Positions 28,917 to 37,973 of a DNA stretch of 64,000 nt are shown in pieces. The translations under genes and the position numbers were made by a program. Within the stretch, counting starts at the first letter, position 1. Each line of letters opens with the position of its first letter. Where the stretch lies: NCBI GenBank assembly GCA_016873895.1, contig VGVV01000002.1, forward strand, positions 100,188 through 164,187, written 5' to 3'. Source of the stretch: Ignavibacteria bacterium. Its GTDB lineage: Bacteria; Bacteroidota; Ignavibacteria; Kapaibacteriales; Kapaibacteriaceae. The notes under the pieces are model-generated. The model made no database searches. It was given only the letters and a program-made list of their open reading frames with translations, and was not told the DNA's origin.

Positions 28917-30102
28917 GCGGATTGATGCGCTTTCCGTCGATCCAAATCTCAAAGTGAACGAGATTGCCATCAAGGTTGCTTCCGCTCGACCCTATGCGGC
29001 TGCCCTGGCCAACACTTGAGCCGCGCTGTACACTAACACGTGATAGGTTGGCATATACAGTGCGGAAACCATTTTGGTGGTCTATGATTACCAAGGATCC
29101 GAATCCTGGCAGCCACGTAACAGTCGATACTAAGCCTTTGGCTACGCATGAAACGCCAGTGCCAACGGAAGCCTTGATATCGATTCCTGGATTTTCGTGT
29201 GTGGTGCCTGTGGCTGAATTGGTATAGGTTCCGTAGCTGTGCAGAATCGACTGACTAGGGGTAGGCCACGGTAGAGATTTAGACTGAAACGATCCACGCT
29301 TTGGGGCATTTGTCGCAACTGTTGATTCATGCTTCTGCTGTTTACCGCCCTTTGCAGGGGGCTTTGAGGCTTTAGCATTCTTCTTGGTTGATGTGCTCTG
29401 CTGCTTTCGCTCTTTTGCTACAAGCTGTTCGATCATCGATCGGATTTTTGTTGCACTTTGTTGCTTCTTGCGCAACTCCTCTAGCAGTTCTTGCTTGCTG
29501 TTACGCACGGACTGAATCTCTTTGCTTTGTCTAGATAGTGCAAGACTAAGCTGTGCATTCTTCTGTTGTTGCTGCCGCAATGCGACAGCTTGAGATTGAG
29601 ACACATCGCCGAGGTATGCAAGCTGATTCGAGAGCGAATCAGCAGTATCCGAAAGCGCACTTCGATAACGAACTGCAGACAGTGTTGCCTGCGTATACAG
29701 GTACGAGGGAAGATGTGATTGTCGCTGACGTCCACGATTGATAACAAGGTGCTCGTACATGCCGCGTGTGAGCAAGCGCCATCGATCATCGGTGTTAGAA
29801 ATCGAAGCTTTTGTCTGGGAAAACTTCGTTTCGATCGTATGCAGTGAGTCCACCAATACAGCAAGTGTCCGCGATAAACTAGCAACCATCTTGTTGATGT
29901 TTTTCTGCTGACGCTGCGTAGCAGAAAGGCTTCGCAGGGCCTTGCTTTCGCGTTGTTCAAGGCTCTTGATACGCTGCCGTGTGGACTCGATAGACTGACG
30001 CAAGCGCTGGAGTTCCTGTTGGGGCGTAGACACCGGCTTCTGCGCTGAAGCGGTAGCAAGCGCAAGCATGCCAGCGATCAGATACAGCAGAGCAGGCATC
30101 AA
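28900..30102 (-). CDS. Murein hydrolase activator/M23 peptidase (EnvC-like)
   Basis: Signal peptide, long coiled-coil region, and a C-terminal M23 domain (GIDIKASVGTGV...HFEIWIDGKRINPLTYL). Confidence 0.75.
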   Translation of the reverse strand: MMPALLYLIAGMLALATASAQKPVSTPQQELQRLRQSIESTRQRIKSLEQRESKALRSLSATQRQQKNINKMVASLSRTLAVLVDSLHTIETKFSQTKASISNTDDRWRLLTRGMYEHLVINRGRQRQSHLPSYLYTQATLSAVRYRSALSDTADSLSNQLAYLGDVSQSQAVALRQQQQKNAQLSLALSRQSKEIQSVRNSKQELLEELRKKQQSATKIRSMIEQLVAKERKQQSTSTKKNAKASKPPAKGGKQQKHESTVATNAPKRGSFQSKSLPWPTPSQSILHSYGTYTNSATGTTHENPGIDIKASVGTGVSCVAKGLVSTVTWLPGFGSLVIIDHQNGFRTVYANLSRVSVQRGSSVGQGSRIGSSGSNLDGNLVHFEIWIDGKRINPLTYLR

Positions 30103-31361
30103 TAGTCTTCGGTAGGATGGCGTTCAATAACGGCTCCGAGAGCTCCGAGCTTAGACTCTAATTTTTCGTAGCCTCGATCCAAATGATAGACCCGTAAGAT
30201 CTCTGTTGTACCCTGAGCAACTAGTCCAGCCATGACTAAGCTTGCACTGGCACGCAGATCACTCGACATAACTGTTGCGCCAGTTAGTTTGTTATTGCCC
30301 TTGACCACGCAGTATCCTTCTCCTGTTTCGATATGCGCACCAAGTCGCTGAAGTTCTGGAACATATCCAAAGCGAGTAGGGTAGATAGTGTCTCGAATAC
30401 GCGAAGCCCCCTGAGCTGTGAGCATGTATGCAGCCCACTGGGCCTGTGTATCAGTAGGGAATCCAGGATAAATTGAGGCCGTTATGTCCACCGCCTCTGG
30501 TGTTTCCAACATGCGGACACGAATTGTATCATCAGACACATCCACGAGTGCGCCGGTATCAATCAGTTTTTGTGTTACCGCATCCAGATGTTCCGGTATA
30601 ACATGCGTGAGTGTTACGTCGCCACGCGTCATTGCTGCAACAAGCATAAACGTTGCAGCCTCTATCCGGTCGGGGATTGTTGATGCTACCACAGGATTGA
30701 GAGAATCTACACCTTCGATTTCTAATGTTGTCGTGCCTATGCCGGAAATCTTTGCACCCATCTGCTCAAGCATCAGCGCTAGGTTGGTAACCTCTGGTTC
30801 AATGGCAACGTTTGTAAGAGTTGTTTGCCCCCTGGCTAAAACCGCAGCTGATAAAATATTGACCGATGCGCCAACCGAGGATATGTCGAAGTGAAAGTGT
30901 GCGCCCTGTAATCGCGGACACTTGGCAATGATGTAGCCTCCTGTAACGTCGATCTCGGCACCAAGTTTTTCTAGCCCCTTGAGGTGCAGATCAACAGGAC
31001 GCGGACCAAAGTTGCAGCCTCCAGGCAGTGATACTCGTGCCTCTCCGTAGCGGGCAATCAGTGGCCCTAGAACGTAGATCGAAGCACGCATCTGCTTGAC
31101 GTGTTCGTACGGGGCTTCGTAACTCGTAATACTCGTTGAATCCAGCGTTAACATGTCACCTTCGAGAGACATCCCAACCCCCATGCTGCCGAGCAGACGA
31201 CTCATCGTTCCGAGATCTCGGTTGTTGGGTGTGTTCTTGAGTGTAAGTGCACCATTGGTAAGAAGGCATGCAGGCATAAGCGCGAGCGATGCATTCTTCG
31301 CGCCTGAAATGGCAACACTGCCGGTGAGGCGAACGCCTCCGTGTACGATAAACTTATCCAT
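30099..31361 (-). CDS. murA: UDP-N-acetylglucosamine 1-carboxyvinyltransferase
   Basis: MDKFIVHGGVRLTGSVAISGAKNASL N-terminus and full-length EPT-fold conservation. Confidence 0.9.
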   Translation of the reverse strand: MDKFIVHGGVRLTGSVAISGAKNASLALMPACLLTNGALTLKNTPNNRDLGTMSRLLGSMGVGMSLEGDMLTLDSTSITSYEAPYEHVKQMRASIYVLGPLIARYGEARVSLPGGCNFGPRPVDLHLKGLEKLGAEIDVTGGYIIAKCPRLQGAHFHFDISSVGASVNILSAAVLARGQTTLTNVAIEPEVTNLALMLEQMGAKISGIGTTTLEIEGVDSLNPVVASTIPDRIEAATFMLVAAMTRGDVTLTHVIPEHLDAVTQKLIDTGALVDVSDDTIRVRMLETPEAVDITASIYPGFPTDTQAQWAAYMLTAQGASRIRDTIYPTRFGYVPELQRLGAHIETGEGYCVVKGNNKLTGATVMSSDLRASASLVMAGLVAQGTTEILRVYHLDRGYEKLESKLGALGAVIERHPTEDY

Positions 31362-31411
31362 ACGCAAAGATAGGGGGCGGAAGTGCGGATTCGCGGCATC
31401 TTGTATATTCG

Positions 31412-31500
31412 TACACCGTTAGAGGTGCCTCGATAACAGAGGCTGAGATCACACTCTTGGAACCTGATACAGATAATGCTGGCGAAGGAAAACGGATCTA
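31412..31500 (+). promoter_or_regulatory. TPP (THI-box) riboswitch in the 5' leader of the TonB-dependent receptor gene
   Basis: GGTGCC...GCTGAGA...ACTCTTGGAACCTGATACAGATAATGCTGGCGAAGGAA matches the THI-element consensus (GGGGUGCC / GCUGAGA / GAACCUGAUC..GAUAAUGCCAGCG.AGGGA). Confidence 0.75.
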
Positions 31501-31548
31501 CCTTTCTAACGGACGTTTACAGCATGTTTCATTACAGAAGGTACGTCC

Positions 31549-33642
31549 ATGCACAAAGTTCTATTCTTCGTTTGCCAGACGCTTGTAGCAAGCTCCATCA
31601 CGTTGTATGCGGAATGCTTGAATGATAAAGACACGGCGTCCGTTCTACTGCCTAACATTGATGTTCGCCTGGTACGTGCAGACGATCATGCGCCAGTAAC
31701 TCATACCACAATCACGCCAGCTAAGCTGCGGATGCTTCATGTGGGACAAGACCCTCAGTACATCGTTGAAAGGGCGGTTCCGTCGATAGTGGCATTCTCG
31801 GAGTCGGGAACGGGGATGACGAATTATGGATCATTCCGATTGCGCGGAATGGACCAAACTCGGATAAACGTAACGATAGATGGTGCGCCCATAAACGACA
31901 TGATAGACCAAGGGGTGTTTTTTTCAAACATGACTGACCTATCCAGTGGTATGGCATCAATACAAGTGCAGCGTGGTGTGGGAATGAGCATGAATGGCAC
32001 TGCCTCTTATGCTGGATCTGTAAACTTCGAAACCAATTCCGGAGTGGGATTGCCATCAGCACACCTAGAGTTGGCGGCCGGTTCGTTTGATATGCGTAGG
32101 GCCAGCGCTATTGTGTCTACTGGTACATTACCAAGCGGTATACATGCGTTTGCACGGTTCACAAGCCTGGCCTCTGACGGCTATCGATTGAATACAGGTA
32201 CAGAAACGAATTCTTTGCTGTTCTCAGGTGGCTGGGCAGGCGGATCGGATGTGATTCGCGTAGTAGGAGTCTGGGGCAGATCTGCAAACCAACTGGGCTA
32301 TCTACCGGTGCCTGCCTCGATTGCTCGGAGTAGACCACCTACTAACCTAAACGACATAACCGACAATGACAACTTTGGCCAGCATCTGCTACAACTTCGC
32401 TATCAACGATCTCTAACGTCGGCTTCGGACATATCAGTGGCAGTATACTATGGTGGAGCAGGTGGGGACTACTTCGCTGGATTTCGTGACAGTTCGCAGA
32501 CGCTAACCCAGATCAATTACCCATTGCAGAATCGTCATCTTGGTGCAACAGCAAGCTTTGCTACATCGGGCCTAGTAGACAACGTCCGCCTCGAAGCCAA
32601 CATGCATGCCTACAGGTTCAGCAGGCGTAACTGGGAAACTGTGAGTCCTGAGAACAGAAGTCCGTATTACGACGATCAAACAACGAAGGACGAGCTCTCC
32701 CTGTCTGTTCGTGGAACCTATGATCTCGGCAACTGGCAATTGTATGTAGACCTTCAGGCCCGGGGAGTTGGAATGAACTTCGTTCAGGATGTGCCAAACA
32801 TGCTGTCTGCTCGCAGTCTTCCAGAACATTCGTGGCTCTTTATCAATCCACGTGTTGGTGCGCGCTACGCCCTTGACAATGCCTCGGAGCTCTACCTATC
32901 GTTTGGTCAGACTGGACGTGAGCCAACGCGGTTTGACCTGCTCGGTTCAACGCAGATCAATGATGCCAATGTGAGTGTACTTCAACGTCCGGGCACGGTA
33001 CGGGCAGAGTACGCAATGGATCTCGAGGCGGGCTACCGTGTTCGTAGTGAGAAGGGGCGTCTAGCTGCGAACTTCTTCCTGATGCGATTTCAAGACGAGA
33101 TAGCTCCTATCGGACCCTACATAGAGCAGCAGTTTGTGCAGTTGCGAAAGAATGTTGCCCGCAGCCGCCGCATTGGGGTTGAGATCGAAGGCGCATACAA
33201 CCTACTCTCGAACCTGAGCATCGAAGGAAATGTTACGTGGATGTCGGCACGTGTTGATGAATATGTTCCCGAGAATATCATACCTGCCGTCGTATACACC
33301 AATGTCTTTCCAGTTCTTACACCTAACATCCTGGGCAATGTTGTGATGCGTTACTCACCTGTGCGATTAGTGAGTCTAGATCTCGTAGCCCGCGGTATAA
33401 CGAGATCCTTCACAGATATATCCAACGATGCATCACTTACTCTACCGGGATTTGTGCAGGTTGATGCACGCCTGTGGGTAAACATCTCCAGTGCTCTCCG
33501 AATAGGTATGCATGGCAACAACATGACCAATGCCTTCGTTGTTACCAATGGGGCTTCGGCCTTTGTTGACGGACGGGCAGAGTCTACATATTTCGTTCAG
33601 GCAGGACGCAATTTTATGGTTACTGCAACCGTGGATTTTTGA
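31549..33642 (+). CDS. TonB-dependent outer-membrane receptor
   Basis: Signal peptide, plug domain (FRLRGMDQTRINVTIDGAPINDM), and a long beta-barrel ending in a terminal aromatic residue (...TVDF). Confidence 0.85.
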   Translation: MHKVLFFVCQTLVASSITLYAECLNDKDTASVLLPNIDVRLVRADDHAPVTHTTITPAKLRMLHVGQDPQYIVERAVPSIVAFSESGTGMTNYGSFRLRGMDQTRINVTIDGAPINDMIDQGVFFSNMTDLSSGMASIQVQRGVGMSMNGTASYAGSVNFETNSGVGLPSAHLELAAGSFDMRRASAIVSTGTLPSGIHAFARFTSLASDGYRLNTGTETNSLLFSGGWAGGSDVIRVVGVWGRSANQLGYLPVPASIARSRPPTNLNDITDNDNFGQHLLQLRYQRSLTSASDISVAVYYGGAGGDYFAGFRDSSQTLTQINYPLQNRHLGATASFATSGLVDNVRLEANMHAYRFSRRNWETVSPENRSPYYDDQTTKDELSLSVRGTYDLGNWQLYVDLQARGVGMNFVQDVPNMLSARSLPEHSWLFINPRVGARYALDNASELYLSFGQTGREPTRFDLLGSTQINDANVSVLQRPGTVRAEYAMDLEAGYRVRSEKGRLAANFFLMRFQDEIAPIGPYIEQQFVQLRKNVARSRRIGVEIEGAYNLLSNLSIEGNVTWMSARVDEYVPENIIPAVVYTNVFPVLTPNILGNVVMRYSPVRLVSLDLVARGITRSFTDISNDASLTLPGFVQVDARLWVNISSALRIGMHGNNMTNAFVVTNGASAFVDGRAESTYFVQAGRNFMVTATVDF

Positions 33643-33684
33643 CGTAGTATCACCTGACCGCATGCATGCCATATATTCGCAGCC

Positions 33685-34185
33685 ATGAACAAACACGTTA
33701 TCAAAGTCACAAAACAATGTGCGCACATTGGTGACAATGGAAGATGCAAGAAGCTAACAATGTATTCACATCCATTCTGTGGTGCTCACACCAAGGTGCA
33801 CTTTGGTGTATCAGTTCGAAAGAGCACGATAGAGCTGGCAGGGAAGGGGCTTTTTGCTGAACGCGTGTTCGACAAAGACGAACGAATCGTAGAGTACTAT
33901 GGCGAGAAGCTGACTACGGACCAATATGAACGTAGATACCGCAAAGACCCACTCGGTTCATATGGTATACAGCTATCGGTGAGACATGTGATTGACGCGT
34001 GCCGCACAGATGCAGGTGTAGCGCGATATGCCTGTGACTACCATGGTTCGGGCAAGAAGGCTAATGCGGAGTACATCAATTTTGGCGGACGTATTTGGAT
34101 CGTTGCTAAAAAACGTATCCGTGCTGGTGAAGAGATCTTCACTGATTACGGCGATGATATGCATCGCGCGCTCGGATTACTCTAA
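33685..34185 (+). CDS. SET-domain protein (putative lysine methyltransferase) with a Cys/His-rich N-terminal segment
   Basis: GKGLFAERVF (GxG), RYACDYHGS (NHSC-like) and EEIFTDYG (ELxxDYG) SET motifs. N-terminal CAHIGDNGRCKKLTMYSHPFCGAH. Confidence 0.5.
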   Translation: MNKHVIKVTKQCAHIGDNGRCKKLTMYSHPFCGAHTKVHFGVSVRKSTIELAGKGLFAERVFDKDERIVEYYGEKLTTDQYERRYRKDPLGSYGIQLSVRHVIDACRTDAGVARYACDYHGSGKKANAEYINFGGRIWIVAKKRIRAGEEIFTDYGDDMHRALGLL

Positions 34186-34224
34186 AAGCAGAACTCCATC
34201 GATTCTTTCCAATCTACTCGAATC

Positions 34225-34957
34225 GTGCGGTTTGCAATTGGCAAGCATATCGTGTCGGGGAAGGACGAGACTGTCCGGCTGTTCCAAAACCTGATCCTTG
34301 AGTACTTCTCGCATATACATCCCGCTACACCTGTGATTGTGTATCTGCCGATCATAAGCGTGGTTGGATGGCGATCAGCAGAGGTATTGGCACCTTCCTC
34401 GTTTATCATTGCGGCTTGTGCCGGTATTGTGCTCTGGACGCTAGCCGAGTATGTGATTCACAGGGTGGTCTTTCATGCTCAGCCCCGGTCACGCCTGGGT
34501 AGAAAGGTTCATTTTCTCGTCCATGGGATCCACCATGCCTACCCACGTGATTCTACGCGTCTTGTTATGCCCCCTCTGGTAAGCCTCCCGTTAGCGGCAG
34601 CCTTCTTTGTGCTATTCAAGCTGGCATTTGGAAATTTCTACCAACCTATGTGGATTGGTTTTATACTTTTTGTATTTGGCCTATGATGGCATTTATTATG
34701 TTGTCCATCATGTAAACCTAACATCGCCGCTCGGTCGGTACCTGAAGATGCACCATATGCATCATCACTTTGTGAGCCCCGACCGTGCATTTGGAGTAAG
34801 TAAGCCGTTCTGGGACCGTATTTTTGCCTCGCTACCCGAGCCCACCACTCGTGTGTCGGTTAGACGCCGTAAATTAAAGCAGTTCATACAAAGGCAAACG
34901 TCGAATGGCACTCAGCAAAACCGATATCCTAAACGCCGCTCAGGCAGTTACAAGTGA
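34225..34957 (+). pseudogene. Fatty acid hydroxylase/sterol desaturase superfamily membrane protein, disrupted by a frameshift near 34665-34683
   Basis: Two overlapping ORFs (34225-34686 and 34607-34957). The first carries the His box HGIHHAYP and the second HHVN...HHMHHHF. They switch frame at a TTTTT run (ttttatactttttgtatttggcctatga). Confidence 0.6.
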
Positions 34958-35411
34958 ACTCGAGTGTGTAGAACACCACGGTGATCTTACCCTTGTTGTA
35001 AAACTCGCTGACCTGATTGAGGTGCTCTCGGAGCTCAAAGAAAATCCTAACACACAGTTCAATCAGCTTGTTGACATGACTGTGATCGATTGGGCTAAGC
35101 CAGGCGAAAGATTTGATGTTGTGTACTTCCTTTACTCGATAGCGCATGCGACCCATGTGCGAGTAAAAGCACACGTCCGTGAAGACAGGCCGCATGTTCC
35201 CACATCGGTAGATGTTTGGGAATCAGCTAACTGGTATGAGCGCGAAGCATACGACATGTATGGAATCATCTTTGATGGGCACCCAGACCTGCGTCGCTTC
35301 TTTATGCCGGAAGATTTCATGGATACCGACGGAACCCCGCTATATCCACTGCGTAAGGATTTCCCTCTCATGGGAATTCCAGGATCTCTGCCGCTGCCAT
35401 TGAAAGACTAA
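34905..35411 (+). CDS. nuoC: NADH-quinone oxidoreductase subunit C-like (30-kDa subunit), not adjacent to other nuo genes
   Basis: DVWESANWYEREAYDMYGIIFDGHPDLRRFFMPEDF...YPLRKDFPL is the conserved NuoC core. 168 aa. Confidence 0.7.
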   Translation: MALSKTDILNAAQAVTSELECVEHHGDLTLVVKLADLIEVLSELKENPNTQFNQLVDMTVIDWAKPGERFDVVYFLYSIAHATHVRVKAHVREDRPHVPTSVDVWESANWYEREAYDMYGIIFDGHPDLRRFFMPEDFMDTDGTPLYPLRKDFPLMGIPGSLPLPLKD

Positions 35412-35437
35412 CGAGCAGCGAGCAGCGAACAGCGAGC
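35412..35437 (+). repeat. Heptanucleotide microsatellite (RCAGCGA)n copy C, about 3.5 units, starting at the first base after the nuoC TAA stop
   Basis: TAA-CGAGCAGCGAGCAGCGAACAGCGAGC, in the same orientation as copy B. Confidence 0.8.
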
Positions 35438-35446
35438 TGATGCTAT

Positions 35447-35788
35447 CTAGCTCTGCAGCCAAGCAATTGCATCGTTCACGGTGGGCTGGAATTCAAACAG
35501 ATATTCAATCTGTGAGATGCGGAACATCTGGCGTACAGTTTCCTGTGTACCCACGAGAATAACGAAGCCTTCGTTGTCTTTCATTTGCCGATTAGCCAGA
35601 AGCAGGGCAGACAGGCCTTGTGAATCGCAGAGCTGAACTGCGGATAAATCTACGACCAGTGCCTTGGCAGAGGGCTGGCACAATATGAGAATCTCACTCT
35701 TAACCTCGGGTGCGAGCAGTGAATCCAGTGCTGGTTCTTTGAGTGTAAAAACTACCAACTCGTCATCTTGTTCAACAGAAAATCGCAT
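35447..35788 (-). CDS. STAS-domain anti-sigma factor antagonist
   Basis: 113-aa SpoIIAA-like protein (LVVDLSAVQLCDSQGLSALLLA). Confidence 0.7.
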   Translation of the reverse strand: MRFSVEQDDELVVFTLKEPALDSLLAPEVKSEILILCQPSAKALVVDLSAVQLCDSQGLSALLLANRQMKDNEGFVILVGTQETVRQMFRISQIEYLFEFQPTVNDAIAWLQS

Positions 35789-35842
35789 ACTTGCGCTAGC
35801 CGGATAAATGAATATTGAAACAAAGATCGTAAAACCGACAGA

Positions 35843-36850
35843 ATGAAATCAATTCTTGTGATACGACTAACATCGCTTGGCGATGTTGTGCTAGCAACAC
35901 CGATTGTTCGGATGCTGCGAAGCGCGTATCCCGAAGCAAAAATTGATGTTGCAGTCGACGAACGGTTTTCGGAAGTATGGAACAACAATCCTTATGTCTC
36001 TGCAGTATATGCATTGCCCAAAGGACGTGAGCACACAATTAAGGCACAAGCTTACGATCTCATTATAGATCTTCAGAGAAATCGGCGCTCAGGGCGCATC
36101 ATTCAACGATTGCAAAAGGTTGGTTCGCCGCGTGTGCTGAAGTATGCGAAACATCTCCTCGAAAAGTTAGGGCTAGTCTATTTCAAACGCAAACCCAAGC
36201 ATGTAACACATGTGGTGCACCGCTATGCCGAACCATTGCGAGAGCTGGGTGTTACTATCGACGTTGGTGCACTCGAGCTTTGGCCCCAAGCCAACAGGCC
36301 TGGGGAACACGTTGAGCAACCATTGCGGGAGCGCAAGCTCCGAATTGGGATTGCACCAGGTGCTCAGCATTACACAAAGCGATACCCCGTAGAATTGATA
36401 GCACATATAGTGCGAGATCTCGTTACAAACCATGCTGCAGAGGTGGTGCTTCTCGGCGGCCCAGCTGATGTTGAGTTGTGCAATGCAGTAGTGGATTTGG
36501 CGAATGTTTCAGTGGCTCGAGGCGACGGGGCTACAACCCTTGCTGCAACTGTGGGCTTGCTTGATACGCTGGATGCTGTTGTGTCATGTGATTCGGCAAT
36601 CGTGCACATGGCCGCCGCGCGCCAGGTTCCAGTTGCTGTGGTGTACGGCTCTACCGCCCCGGAATTTGGGTTTACACCCTATGGCGTTTCACACGCGAAT
36701 GTGCAGGCTCATGATGTTCCGTGCAGACCGTGCACGCATATTGGCAGGTCCAGCTGCCCTAAGGGGCACTTCCGATGTATGCATGCCATCAGCCCCCTGA
36801 CACTTGTTAACGAGGCGGTGAGACTGGCAATACAACATGCAGGAGCGTGA
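35843..36850 (+). CDS. Glycosyltransferase family 9 (LPS heptosyltransferase-like)
   Basis: MKSILVIRLTSLGDVVLATPIVRMLR N-terminus typical of GT9. C-terminal GGPADVE...SCDSAIVHMAAA. Confidence 0.8.
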   Translation: MKSILVIRLTSLGDVVLATPIVRMLRSAYPEAKIDVAVDERFSEVWNNNPYVSAVYALPKGREHTIKAQAYDLIIDLQRNRRSGRIIQRLQKVGSPRVLKYAKHLLEKLGLVYFKRKPKHVTHVVHRYAEPLRELGVTIDVGALELWPQANRPGEHVEQPLRERKLRIGIAPGAQHYTKRYPVELIAHIVRDLVTNHAAEVVLLGGPADVELCNAVVDLANVSVARGDGATTLAATVGLLDTLDAVVSCDSAIVHMAAARQVPVAVVYGSTAPEFGFTPYGVSHANVQAHDVPCRPCTHIGRSSCPKGHFRCMHAISPLTLVNEAVRLAIQHAGA

Positions 36851-36865
36851 CGGCACGATTGTTGC

Positions 36866-37876
36866 TTGGCAGAGGATATGGTTGGACTCATTATTGTTGG
36901 CGCGGGCAACATCGCGCAAAGCGTGCATCTGCCAACATTGGCAGCTATGTCTGGTGTGAAACTGTTGGCTATTTGCGACAAGCAGATCGCTAAGGCACGG
37001 ATTCTTGCCGAAAAGTACAAGGTTCCTCACGCATTTCGATCTCTTGAAGAGGCACTCCACTTGCCCGGAGTAGATGCGGTGCTTGTGACTACGAGCACTG
37101 ATGCTCATGCTTCTGTTGCGAAGATTGCCATAGCTGCGGGCAAACATGTGTTTGTTGAGCGGCCCGCTACACGTACTCTCGAAGAGGTGATGGAGATCCG
37201 CACGTTATCCCAAGAACACGGTGTTAGCGTGATGGTTGGTATGAATCATCGATTCCGGCCCGATGTGGTGAACATGAAAAACGCAGTTGATCGCGGCGAA
37301 ATTGGTCCTGTGTATTACGTGAAGGCAGGATGGGTTAAGCAGCGTTCAACCGATGCTCGCTGGATGGCCAATGCTGAGAAGTCTGGTGGTGGCGTGCTTG
37401 TTGATCTGGGCATCGCTGTAATTGATATGATTATGCACGTTATGGATTTTGGGCGCGTCCGCTCTGTCACAGGATCAGTGTTTCATCAAGCCACGAAATC
37501 AGTGGAAGATGGCGCAGTTGCTATCCTGAACTTTGAAAGTGGCGCTGTTGCTACTGTGGAGACAAGTTGGTCCATTATTCGTGCAGAGGACCTCTATTAC
37601 TGCAATGCTTTTGGAAGAAAAGGTAGCGCTTACATCAACCCCTACAGGCTGGTACGTAGAACAGGTAATTCGATACAAAGCTCCTCTACCCCAGAGCGTC
37701 GGTCTCAACTTGATATATATATGAAGTCTTACGCAACAGAGCTGAAGCACTTTGTAAATGCCGTTAGAGGGGTGGTCCCAATGGTAAGCACCATTGATGA
37801 AGCCATCGAACGAATGCGCATCGTAGAGGCGATTTATGCCAGTGCCGAGCACAAGCGAGAGATCGTTATACCGTAG
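36866..37876 (+). CDS. Gfo/Idh/MocA family oxidoreductase
   Basis: N-terminal Rossmann fold GLIIVGAGNIAQSVHLP and the EKP motif (VFVERPAT). Confidence 0.8.
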   Translation: MAEDMVGLIIVGAGNIAQSVHLPTLAAMSGVKLLAICDKQIAKARILAEKYKVPHAFRSLEEALHLPGVDAVLVTTSTDAHASVAKIAIAAGKHVFVERPATRTLEEVMEIRTLSQEHGVSVMVGMNHRFRPDVVNMKNAVDRGEIGPVYYVKAGWVKQRSTDARWMANAEKSGGGVLVDLGIAVIDMIMHVMDFGRVRSVTGSVFHQATKSVEDGAVAILNFESGAVATVETSWSIIRAEDLYYCNAFGRKGSAYINPYRLVRRTGNSIQSSSTPERRSQLDIYMKSYATELKHFVNAVRGVVPMVSTIDEAIERMRIVEAIYASAEHKREIVIP

Positions 37877-37973
37877 AAAGCCAGATCGTCCATTCCTGCT
37901 TTTCCCATCCTCTGTGCAAAACGTTGGCATAACTCCGGTAAAAGTGGAAACTGAGAATCCATAGATTTCTGCC

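Noticed and set aside
33685-35411. The SET / hydroxylase / nuoC block as a horizontally acquired island
   Set aside because: GC content looks only slightly lower than surroundings by eye, and there is no integrase, tRNA junction or direct repeat. This cannot be supported without compositional statistics.
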